The notes beneath the pieces were generated by a model. It saw only the letters and a program-made list of their open reading frames with translations, was not told the DNA's origin and searched no databases. The position numbers and the translations under genes are program-made. 64,000 nucleotides of DNA, taken from contig OZ249436.1 of assembly GCA_965235115.1 (NCBI GenBank), positions 35,838,001-35,902,000 on the forward strand, read 5' to 3'. The DNA is from Laetmonice hystrix (taxonomy: Eukaryota). Each line of letters opens with the position of its first letter. Position 1 is the stretch's first letter. Below are positions 53,278 to 64,000 of the stretch, piece by piece.

Positions 53278-53716
53278 TGTAACCGACCACCTAAGTTTGT
53301 CGGGTCGAGGCAGTGGGTAGTTGGGTGTAACCGACAACCTAAGTTTGTCGGGTCGAGGCAGTGGGTAGTAGGTTGTAACCGACAACCTAAGTTTGTCGGG
53401 TCGAGGCAGTGGGTAGTAGGTTGTAACCGACAACCTAAGTTTGTCGGGTCGAGGCAGTGGGTAGTTGGTTGTAACTGACAACCTAAGTTTGTCGGGTCGA
53501 GGCAGTGGGTAGTAGGTTGTAACCGACAACCTAAGTTTGTCGGGTCGAGGCAGTGGGTAGTTGGTTGTAACTGACAACCTAAGTTTGTCGGGTCGAGGCA
53601 GTGGGTAGTTGGTTGTAACCGACAACCTAAGTTTGTCGGGTCGAGGCAGTGGGTAGTTGGTTGTAACTGACAACCTAAGTTTGTCGGGTCGAGGCAGTGG
53701 GTAGTTAGTTGGTTGT
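53278..53716. repeat. 48-bp minisatellite, 9 copies, each with an internal inverted repeat
   Basis: Unit aaccgacaacctaagtttgtcgggtcgaggcagtgggtagttggttgt starts at 53281, 53329 ... 53665. The stem is ccgacaa/ttgtcgg. Confidence 0.97.
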
Positions 53717-54583
53717 GACACTGGTTCCAACAAATTGTCAGAACATCGGGCCGCCTAGAACGATTGGCCCATGTCGAATTACTGCGAACATGTGTAGTAG
53801 ACTACACAAGGAAGTGGCGGTGAGAGAAAATTGTAAAAACGAATAGAAACCCTCACGTAACGTCAACCGACGTGTTTGGTGAAGCTAGTAGTATATGAAG
53901 GGTGGCGTTTGGGGCAGGTCAGCAACTGGATCCGTAGATATACAATGTACCGTTATTGCATCAGAAGGCACACATTATCTTTGTTAATGTTGCATGATAT
54001 TCACAAAGAAAATCGGTATTTGATATCTTAGAAACAAAGTGTCAAAGAATGCTATATTATTGTATCTTCTAGGTCGTAATTGGTTAAATCAGTGTATCTC
54101 GAGTATTGGTGTTCAAAAGGTCATACTTATTCGTATCAATTGGCAGTAAGTAAGCAGTGTATCATGATGGAAATAGCAGTAGTGTGGTAAGTACCCCCAG
54201 CACTCCGCCACAATAATTATAAAGTGCGTGTTCTCCAGAAACTGGTGTTTTGTTGGCCTGCAAGGTGGCGAGGCCAGCACAAGGTTGGCCCGGTGTAGGT
54301 TGGGTCCACGGTGAACATCGTCCCATCACGTACGGATTGGCTAGGACGAGGATTACGACCACTCCCCGTGATTTGAAACAAACTGTGCCTATGTTATAAT
54401 AAACCCCCGCCTCCCCACCCGCACTGCCCTAGATTGTCGGCTTTTGTACAGTAGATTGGTTTATTTTAAAACAGCAGAATACTGGGGTTTTTTGTAGTGG
54501 ATCGCTTTACTTGGGCCATTATTGATAAAAGTACAACTTGGCCAAACCGTCACTATTGTATCATTAAGATGGTCCTGCATGGG

Positions 54584-54589
54584 AATAAA
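54584..54589 (+). promoter_or_regulatory. Candidate polyadenylation signal AATAAA
   Basis: gggAATAAAttgatattgc with upstream TGTA elements and a downstream T-rich element ttattttttgtttatatattttc. Confidence 0.5.
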
Positions 54590-55390
54590 TTGATATTGCT
54601 AATGCACATAAAATATATTGCTGCCTTACGTTATTTTTTGTTTATATATTTTCTTGAATCTACCTCCATATACATGGTATACTCTGCAATGGCATTTCTT
54701 TGAAGTAGGTTTACTTTAGTCGCGATTTGAACTGAATTTTGCCCGCTTATTGCTTCTACAACATCGCAACTCTGCAGTTTCCTATTTAAACCACTCCTCT
54801 TTCAAATATAGTAAATATTATACTTGCTATTGTAGCTAATATTGGTTATTGTACAACATGGTGTCCAGTCTCTTGTGCAAATTATTTTATAGACCTAGTT
54901 TTAGTGTAGCAAATGTAGTGAGACGGTATAGACCTCTTAAAACCTCTTTCATATGATGTTTGGCATAGTTTCCTTTTATGGAATTTGCAGCCGTTGCTAA
55001 TAGCATATAAATTTCACAGTCTTTATGACTATCCTGTAAGGCATTATAAGTTGAGATTCCTTCAGTGTCTGAGACCTTTGCCGCACAGGACGTCAGTATT
55101 TTGTTTCTCTTTACTAACAAGCTGCTAACGTTTATTGGTAATGATTTCTCCCAAGTGGAGATTGGCCCTTCTGCAGTCTGCGGAATCTTTCCGCATAATG
55201 TATTCCGCATTTCTATCAAAATATTAAGAAATCTCAATGTACAAAATAAATATACATATTCACCCCAAATGAAAGTTACAGTTCTGATCAAAAGCAAATT
55301 TTTCGCCGACATAATATTTGTGGGAGCTGCAATTTTGTTTGTTGGGGGGGGGGGGGGTACGGTTGGCTAGGCAAGGAGAGAGAAAAGGGG

Positions 55391-55635
55391 TGGGTGGGTA
55401 GGTATTTGGGGTTTTACGCCTTGCAACAGCCAGGGTCATATCACGACGGCGAAGATTATGATGAAAGTCGGTTTTTCTTGGTGGAGGAAACCGGAGGACC
55501 CGGAGGAAACCACCGACCTTCGGGAAGGAACTGACTGACAAACCTTTCACGTATATGCAGCCCAGGCCAGGGATCGAACCCGGACCGCAGCGGTGTGAGG
55601 CGATGGTCCTAGGTGTCACCTTAGACCACTCGGCC
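55391..55635 (-). mobile_element. tRNA-derived SINE with V/Meta-like central domain, 9-bp TSD
   Basis: Minus strand: A box ggccgagtgg, B box ggttcgatccc, core ggtttcctccgggtcctccggtttcctccacc, and tail gatatgaccctggctgttgcaaggcgtaaaaccccaaatac plus short repeats. TSD gaaaagggg at 55382-55390 and 55636-55644. Confidence 0.92.
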
Positions 55636-56470
55636 GAAAAGGGGAGGGAAAGAGATGACAGATAAAATTTAATAAGAAGAAAATAAGTTATTAACGGGAA
55701 TGGTATTCATTTTGAGGAATATGCGTTCAGTGGACCAAAATGTTGTCAAGTTATGTTTTTTTTTTCAACATCCCGGGAAAGTTCATCTGGCCTCGTTAGA
55801 CCTGGTTTCTTATGTAGGCCTATGTTGGGTCAGATCATGAAACTGCAAAACGACCACCATGCAACTGACCTTACCGGTGGGCCCGTGAAATCGTACCGTT
55901 TTTTTTCACGGGAAATTTCTTAACTGAAACTGAGCATCATGTTTTGTGACAAAGTGGCAATACGATATGGATAAGATATTAAACCGAATGAAGGCAACAA
56001 ACGGGGCAGGATTTCCACGATCATGGAAAATGCAGGGGCCAGTTTCTCAGTCTTTGGGCAAGTCGCTTGCCCAACCGGCTCGCGAAAAAATAAACGGCTC
56101 GGCAAGGACGGTGACCATTTGGGGGTCTAAAATGTGACAAAGAAACCGGCCCCCTGGAAAAAAAATCTGTCATGAAAAGTCATTAAAAAGTCATAGAAAA
56201 TGGGGGGAAATTATGGGGGAAGTCATGGCAACCAATATCATGGAAAAGTCGTAGAATTGAGATGGATTTATCGCGATTTTGGCTAGGGCAGTCTCCCAGT
56301 TTGTTGCCTAGGCCTACTTATTTTTTTATCAGTAGGCCTATACATTATGCAATTGCATCACCATTTGGTGGTGTAGGCGTTGCAGATGGGATCGGATGGC
56401 TATGAGCCGCAGTCATTATGAGGGGAGGGGGAGGCCATAGTATTAAAATTGATAATAATTATCAATATTC

Positions 56471-56541
56471 TACAATATCCATCGTACATGTGAATATAGG
56501 CTAATTATTAGCCTATATTCACATGTGCGATGGATATTGTA
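56471..56541. repeat. Near-perfect 71-bp palindrome (35-bp arms, one mismatch), possible mini-MITE with TA TSD
   Basis: tacaatatccatcgtacatgtgaatataggctaat-t-attagcctatattcacatgtgcgatggatattgta. Confidence 0.9.
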
Positions 56542-56673
56542 TCTTCTACATTTTCTTGAAAAGTGATGGAATTATGTTATTAGGTCCTATGTGCAGATTT
56601 TCCTGGAAACCCTGCCGGGGGGGGGGGGGCGTCGTCGTCTACATCGACTGATGGACAGGGTTTTTATGCATTG

Positions 56674-56762
56674 GGAAAAATCCTTAGCCAATCCCCGGAA
56701 GACATCGGATGTCGGCATTATCCCGACTCCGATGTCTTCCGGAGATTGCCGAAAGATTTTCC
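56674..56762. repeat. Imperfect inverted repeat (~40-bp arms)
   Basis: Perfect core ccggaagacatcgga / tccgatgtcttccgg (56695-56742), extended by ggaaaaatc..caatc / gattg..gattttcc. Confidence 0.85.
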
Positions 56763-57272
56763 GTATGGGGTTTTATGGGGATTTTGAACAGTCATCGACA
56801 GTCGGCCTTCAATGTACTCTATACAACATGAATGCCGGTAGATGGCAGGGTCGACAGAGCACTGGGCTGTCCCGAGCAGGGAAATAAGTGCGTTGGCAAT
56901 AAAATATTTTTCCATTGCCAAAGCAAGGCGAAACTATGCATAGGGTATCTAGCCGCAACTGCAAATTACCTTGCGACCATTTTTGGGGAGAGGGTCATTA
57001 GGTAAATATGCCGCGTCGCTATTAAACAGTGAAGACCGTTTCTAATAGCGAATACAGCGCCATCTCTCGACTCAATCTCTGGGCCCAAGAGAGTCTGTAT
57101 AAAACCAGCATAATGCAGCGCCACCTATGAAGAGACGAACGACCGAAAGGCCTAGTGGCGTATTGAAGAATCCGAGTCGAAATATCGGGTCAATTTTACT
57201 AGTAGTAACGTTAATATAATCATAGGCGGCGGAACGGAGGGGGTGGGGTGTTGCAACCCCAATTAAATTATC

Positions 57273-57471
57273 ATGACATGATTTAAAGTCGCCACAGGCT
57301 TTTGTTTGCGCGCAATAAAATACACGCAAACAATATTTGTTTTCGCGCAAAGAAATAGGCCTATTGTATATTTTTTGCGCGAAAACAATATTCCTTGCGC
57401 GACGACAATATTGTTTGCGTGTATTTTATTGCGGACAAACAAAAGCCTCTGACGACTTTCAATCATGGCAT
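57273..57471. mobile_element. Foldback/MITE-like element with ~75-bp inverted arms
   Basis: catgatttaaagtcgccacaggcttttgtttgcgcgcaataaaatacacgcaaacaatatt is mirrored by aatattgtttgcgtgtattttattgcggacaaacaaaagcctctgacgactttcaatcatg. Confidence 0.8.
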
Positions 57472-57494
57472 AGGCCTATATAGAAGCCACCGTA

Positions 57495-57685
57495 GATATC
57501 CCATCCATAAGTCTAAAGGTTCCAGAGATCTTGCAGGCAAACGCCACCATGCTGGACTGAAGGCCCTCCTCCAACTGCACTGTCAGCTTCCAGCTGCCGA
57601 TGGAATCACCACCTATGCCGAGCCGGGCTTGCAGGCACTGCGCCGCTTCGCCGATAGATAGGAATCTTCAATACTTAGCCAAAAA
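57495..57685 (+). repeat. Diverged partial copy of the 1.09-kb satellite monomer
   Basis: agatatcccatcc..cagagatcttgcaggcaaacgcc..ccgatggaatcaccac..gcttcgccgatagatagga matches the GC-rich block of the downstream monomers. Confidence 0.85.
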
Positions 57686-59103
57686 TTGCTTCATTTTTGA
57701 TACGTCAAAATTAAATAAGCCCCGCCCCCCTCAATTTTTTTTAAATAATTTCTAGCCTGCTGTGTAGATAATCGCATGTAGAATGTTGATCAATCGAGGT
57801 TTTGTTGAAAAATGGCCACATTTGTTAATTATTGAGGTCTGAAAAATCCGTCATACGTTTTGGCAAAAACTCTCTTTTTGGGTGTTTTGCAGCCATTTCA
57901 CGTTTTCTAGAAATCGCTCTGTGAATTTCAAATAGCCCAGAAATTCGTCAGTATCTTGAAATACAGGCCTATAATAGTTTGGTACCTTTAGGGGCTCTTT
58001 CCCTTACCATTTGCTCAGAAAATAACTGTTATTGCCCCCTTTTGAACGATAATAGGGGATATAATGGTTAAAAAATACTGGAAAAGAAAAGTGGTGATTA
58101 AAAGCTTCAGGAACTGTCACCTCATTTTATGTTTCCATGCGCTTATTGTCCTGGAGGCAGGCGATACCTTTTTTGCACCCATTTCACGTTTTCTAGAAAT
58201 CGCTCTCCCAGATAAATAACATGCTTTTTGTGAATTTCAAATAGCCCAAAAATTCGACGGTTACTTGAAGTAGGCTAGGCCTATATAGTTTGGTATATAG
58301 TTTATTCCGCTCTCCTCCAATATAAGATTCAGGAATATAATATACTCCTCCAATATAAGATTCAAGAATATAATATATTAGACAGTTACACCGTTATAAA
58401 TACAAAGGTCCAGCTATTCAATTAAGTCTGTTCCCAGCACAAAGGTCCATCAACCCACCCTGACTGGGAGGAATGGGGGAGTCACCGCCGACCGCGACCT
58501 TATCAGCAGCAGTCACGTAACGCTTTCGACCGGGCAGGGAGAGGCGGCGGTCTCACAGTAGGCGGTCTGTGTATTCAGAGATGCTAACCGTAATATTACT
58601 ATGAAGATTATACCCATTAAAACTTACAATTTTGGCCATATTACCTTTCCAAAAAAAGAACTAAACAATCAGTGGTATACCTGAATCTATACACTTTGTA
58701 ATTGTTCTATTTGCATATGGCTATCTGAAATACTTTTCAAGATAGAGCCTGTGAAAGTCAGATTACATATTTCATCATAAATAAAAAAAGTATTGTAAAA
58801 TTTATGAAAAAAAATTATGCAAAGTGACCAATCTTTAATAGGAGCACAGACCTAGTGAACAAATACACGATTCCTATCTGACTAAAGCAATTTTACCAAA
58901 AAATGTCAAAAGGGACAAATTTCTCTTAATATAAGTCAAATTCCTTATTTCTAAAGGCCCCCATAAAGAGACCCTTCAGATACACTTTGGCTACATATTG
59001 CAAAATATAAAGGGAGGAGATGCAATTTAAGCTGTTTTCCATCTTTGACCTGGGTCTCCAAAAAGTCAAAGGTCAGAGGTCAAATTCAGATATTAAAAAG
59101 TGT

Positions 59104-62100
59104 CCCATCCCCAAGTATAAAGTTTACAGAGATGTTGCAGGCAAACGCCGCCGTGGAATCACCACGGCACGTATACCTGGCCGGGCCGCCGGGCACTGCC
59201 ACCTTCCGGCTTCCGATCGATGGAATCACCACGTATACCGGGCCGGACTGCAGCGGCGCTTCGCCGAGAGATAGGATTCTGCAATGCTAAGCCAAAGACT
59301 GCAGCAAACACTACAGTGAGGGCTGCCCACATGGAATGTCTGAGCTTAGACTAGTAATAGCTGCAGTAAACACTACAGTGAGGGATCTCTACATGTATTG
59401 GCTGGCGTTATACGCGAGCAAACACTACAGTGAGGGCTCTCATCATATACTGACTGACCTTATAGGCCTACTCGAGCAAACACTACAGTGATGGCTGCCT
59501 ACATGCACACGATATTTATACAATGCCAACAGATGCAAGTAGTCATATTAGGCCTACATGGTTTTGATATAGAAATACTTCGATGCTCCTTAAACAGTGA
59601 AGACTGAGTGCTCTCCATTCTATGAGCGAACGTACGAGATGAATACTATGCGAAAATTCCAGCTGCGAATTACAATACCAGACATGCATACAAACATAGC
59701 AATAATGACTTAATATTATGTAAAACAGGTGTATTTAGCGTTTTCAATTATTCCCTGGCTAGTACAAGCAAATTTTTGCACACTGAAGAAGGTAGCAATG
59801 ACATTCACAGGAAAAATTTCAAGTTGGCAGACGCTCTAGCTTCTCAAAGCAGACAGAAGCGTGGAGATGTTGGTATAAAATCTGCTATTTTTGTACACAT
59901 ACACCATATTTATTAATGATACCTCATATCATGTTTCCATGCCTTTACTGTCCAGGACGGAGGCGATACTTGTGGTGTATAATTTACTCCCATCTAATCT
60001 CTTTCTCCTACAGACCGTCTGCATGTAAGCGTCCGACGAAATTGTCAAGTAGTCCCAATGGCAATTTGCCGTAAAGGTTAAATTGGCAATGGTAAATGAA
60101 ATGGTCGTACGTCTTTTCTACATCAGATATCCCATCCCCAAATATAAAGTTTACAGAGATGTTGCAGGCAAATGCTGCCGTGCTGTACTGAAGCGGTACC
60201 TCCAATTGCACTGCCACCTTCCGGCTTCCGATGGAAACACCACGGCACGTATACCTGGCCGGTCCGGGCACTGTCACCTTCCGGCTTCCGATGGAATCAC
60301 CACGTATACCGGGCCGGGCTGCCGCGGGCACCTGCAGCGGCGCTTCGCCGAGAGATAGGATTCTGCAATGCTAAGCCAAAGGCTGCAGCAAACACTACAG
60401 TGAGGGCTGCCCACATGGAATGACTGGCCTTACACTCGACCAAACACTACAGCGAGGGCTCCCTACATGTTTGGCTGGCCTTATACTCGAGCGAACACTA
60501 CAGTGAGGTCTCTCATCATGTACTGACTGACCTTATAGGCCTACTCGAGCAAACACTACAGTGATGGCTGCCTAAATGCACACGATATTTATACAGTGCC
60601 AACAGATGCAAGGAGTCATATTAGGCCTACATCGTTTTGATATAGAAATACTTCGATGCCCCTTAAACAGTGAAGACTACGGTGAAGACTGAGTGCTCTC
60701 TTTTCTATGAGCGAACGTACGAGATGAATACTATACGAAAATTCCAGCTGCGAATTACAATACCAGACATGCATACAAACATAGCAATAATGACTTAATA
60801 TTATGTAAAACAGATGTATTTACCGTTTTCAATCATTCCCTGGCTAGTCCAAGCATATTTTTGCACACTGAAGAAGGTAGCAATGACATTCACAGGAAAA
60901 ATGTCAAGTTGGCAGACACTCTCGGCTTCTCAAAGCAGACAGAAGCGTGGAGATGTTGGTATAAAACCTGCTATTTCTGTACACATACACCATATTTATT
61001 AATGATACCTCATTTCATGTTTCCATGCCTTTACTGTCCAGGAGGGAGGCGATACTTGTGGTCTATCATTTACTCCCATCTAATCTGTTTCTCCGACAGA
61101 CCGTCTGTAGGCCTAAGCATCCGACGACGTTGTCAAGTAGTTCCAATGGCAATTTGCCGTAAAGGTTAAATTAGCAATGGTAAATGAAATGGCCGTACGT
61201 CTTTTCTACATCAGATATCCCATCCCCAAATATAAAGTTTACAGAGATGTTGCAGGCAAATGCCGCCGTGCTGTACTGAAGCGGTACCTCCAACTGCACT
61301 GCCACCTTCCGGCTTCCGATGGAATCACCACGGCACGTATACCTGGCCGGCCCCGGGCACTGCCACCTTCCGGCTTCCGATGGAATCACCACGTATACCG
61401 GGCCGGGCTGCCGCGGGCACCTGCATCGGCGCTTCGCCGAGAGATAGGATTCTGCAATGCTAAGCCAAAGACTGCAGCAAACACTATACAGTGAGGGCTG
61501 CCCACATGGAATGACTGGCCTTACACTCGACCAAACACTACAGCAATGGCTCCCTACATGTATGGCTGGCCTTATACTCGAGCGAACACTACAGTGAGGG
61601 CTGCCATCATGTATTGACTGACCTTATAGGCCTACTCGAGCAAACACTACAGTGATGACTGCCTACATGCACACGATATTTATACAATGCCAACAGATGC
61701 AAGTAGTCATATTAGGCCTACATGGTTTTGATATAGAAATACTTCGATGCCCCTTAAACAGTGAAGACTACAGTGAAGACTGAGTGCTCTCGTTTCTATG
61801 AGCGAACGTACGAGATGAATACTATGCGAAAATTCCAGCTGCGAATTACAATACCAGACATGCATACAAACATAGCAATAATGACTTAATATTATGTAAA
61901 ACAGATGTATTTACCGTTTTCAATCATTCCCTGGCTAGTACAAACATATTTTTGCACACTGAAGAAGGTAGCAATGACATTCACAGGAAAAATGTCAAGT
62001 TGGCAGACACTCTCGGCTTTTCAAAGCAGACAGAAGCGTGGAGATGTTGGTATAAAACCTGCTATTTCTGTACACATACACCATATTTATTAATGATCCC

Positions 62101-64000
62101 AATTCTATGTTTCCATGCCTTTACTGTCCAGGAGGGAGGCGATACTTGTGGTATATCATTTACTCCCATCTAATCTGTTTCTCCTACAGACCGTCTGTAG
62201 GCCTAAGCGTCCGACGACGTTGTCAAGTAGTCCCAATGGCAATTTGCCGTAAAGGTTAAATTAGCAATGGTAAATGAAATGGTCGTACGTCTTTTCTACA
62301 TCAGATATCCCATCCCCAAATATACAGTTTACAGAGATGTTGCAGGCAAATGCTGCCGTGCTGTACTGAAGCGGTACCTCCAATTGCACTGCCACCTTCC
62401 GGCTTCCGATGGAATCACCACGGCACGTATACATGGCCGGCCCCGGGCACTGCCACCTTCCGGCTTCCGATGGAATCACCACGTATACCGGGCCGGGCTG
62501 CCGCGGGTACCTGCAGCGGCGCTTCGCCGAGAGATAGGATTCTGCAATGCTAAGCCAAAGACTGCAGCAAACACTACAGTGAAGGCTGCCCACATGGAAT
62601 GACTGGCCTTACACTCGACCAAACACTACAGCGAGGGCTCCCTACATGTTTGGCTGGCCTTATACTCGAGCGAACACTACAGTGAGGTCTCTCATCATGT
62701 ACTGACTGACCTTATAGGCCTACTCGAGCAAACACTACAGTGATGGCTGCCTAAATGCACACGATATTTATACAGTGCCAACAGATGCAAGGAGTCATAT
62801 TAGGCCTACATCGTTTTGATATAGAAATACTTCGATGCCCCTTAAACAGTGAAGACTACGGTGAAGACTGAGTGCTCTCTTTTCTATGAGCGAACGTACG
62901 AGATGAATACTATACGAAAATTCCAGCTGCGAATTACAATACCAGACATGCATACAAACATAGCAATAATGACTTAATATTATGTAAAACAGATGTATTT
63001 ACCGTTTTCAATCATTCCCTGGCTAGTCCAAGCATATTTTTGCACACTGAAGAAGGTAGCAATGACATTCACAGGAAAAATGTCAAGTTGGCAGACACTC
63101 TCGGCTTCTCAAAGCAGACAGAAGCGTGGAGATGTTGGTATAAAACCTGCTATTTCTGTACACATACACCATATTTATTAATGATACCTCATTTCATGTT
63201 TCCATGCCTTTACTGTCCAGGAGGGAGGCGATACTTGTGGTCTATCATTTACTCCCATCTAATCTGTTTCTCCGACAGACCGTCTGTAGGCCTAAGCATC
63301 CGACGACGTTGTCAAGTAGTTCCAATGGCAATTTGCCGTAAAGGTTAAATTAGCAATGGTAAATGAAATGGCCGTACGTCTTTTCTACATCAGATATCCC
63401 ATCCCCAAATATAAAGTTTACAGAGATGTTGCAGGCAAATGCCGCCGTGCTGTACTGAAGCGGTACCTCCAACTGCACTGCCACCTTCCGGCTTCCGATG
63501 GAATCACCACGGCACGTATACCTGGCCGGCCCCGGGCACTGCCACCTTCCGGCTTCCGATGGAATCACCACGTATACCGGGCCGGGCTGCCGCGGGCACC
63601 TGCATCGGCGCTTCGCCGAGAGATAGGATTCTGCAATGCTAAGCCAAAGACTGCAGCAAACACTATACAGTGAGGGCTGCCCACATGGAATGACTGGCCT
63701 TACACTCGACCAAACACTACAGCAATGGCTCCCTACATGTATGGCTGGCCTTATACTCGAGCGAACACTACAGTGAGGGCTGCCATCATGTATTGACTGA
63801 CCTTATAGGCCTACTCGAGCAAACACTACAGTGATGACTGCCTACATGCACACGATATTTATACAATGCCAACAGATGCAAGTAGTCATATTAGGCCTAC
63901 ATGGTTTTGATATAGAAATACTTCGATGCCCCTTAAACAGTGAAGACTACAGTGAAGACTGAGTGCTCTCGTTTCTATGAGCGAACGTACGAGATGAATA
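59104..64000. repeat. Satellite with ~1,089-bp monomer (>=4.5 copies, continues past window) and 2,179-bp dimeric higher-order repeat
   Basis: The landmark cccatcccca lies at 59104, 60131, 61219, 62309 and 63398. ORF-track translations are identical at +2179 (60814/62993, 60861/63040, 61177/63356) but differ at +1090. Confidence 0.97.

Larger units (their letters stand above)
50299..54620 (+). other. Probable long 3' UTR of futsch/MAP1 (~4.1-4.3 kb)
   Basis: I saw no AATAAA after the stop until 54398-54403 and 54584-54589, and the second is followed by a T-rich tract (54630-54655). Earlier ATTAAA variants exist (~50976, ~51068), so the end is uncertain. Confidence 0.5.

Noticed and set aside
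53068..53733. 221-aa minus-strand ORF with 16-aa repeats
   Set aside because: By-product of a 48-bp stop-free minisatellite. No splice or homology support. It is also not CRISPR-like (no spacers).
60865..60910. CTGAAGA...GAAA hammerhead-like core in the 1.09-kb satellite
   Set aside because: The intervening sequence cannot form stem II and no stems I/III are evident.
59020..63673. Recurrent 60-110-aa ORFs in the satellite
   Set aside because: Frames shift and truncate between monomers, and no recognisable domain is present.

Overview
Eukaryotic genomic DNA from an invertebrate animal (probably a lophotrochozoan; species not determinable from sequence). The window holds most of one + strand gene of the MAP1 family (futsch / MAP1A-B-S homolog). 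It has a 99-nt internal coding exon (33915-34013), a 10.7-kb intron and a giant 5,558-nt terminal coding exon (44741-50298), followed by a probable ~4.3-kb 3' UTR. I could not find the first coding exon, so 1-33914 is probably the distal part of a very long intron. That intron carries a near-perfect 11.4 x 335-bp tandem array whose unit contains an intact-looking Pol III (tRNA-type A/B box) cassette. It also carries two TTAA-flanked Kolobok-like MITEs, a hAT-like MITE with a 5-bp TSD, a 5'-truncated I/Nimb-type LINE and degenerate minisatellites. Downstream of the gene are a tRNA-derived SINE with a 9-bp TSD, a cluster of long hairpins and a ~1.09-kb satellite with a 2,179-bp dimeric higher-order structure that runs off the window end. 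Nearly all other ORFs in the supplied track appear spurious. All homology calls come from recalled motifs, not database searches.
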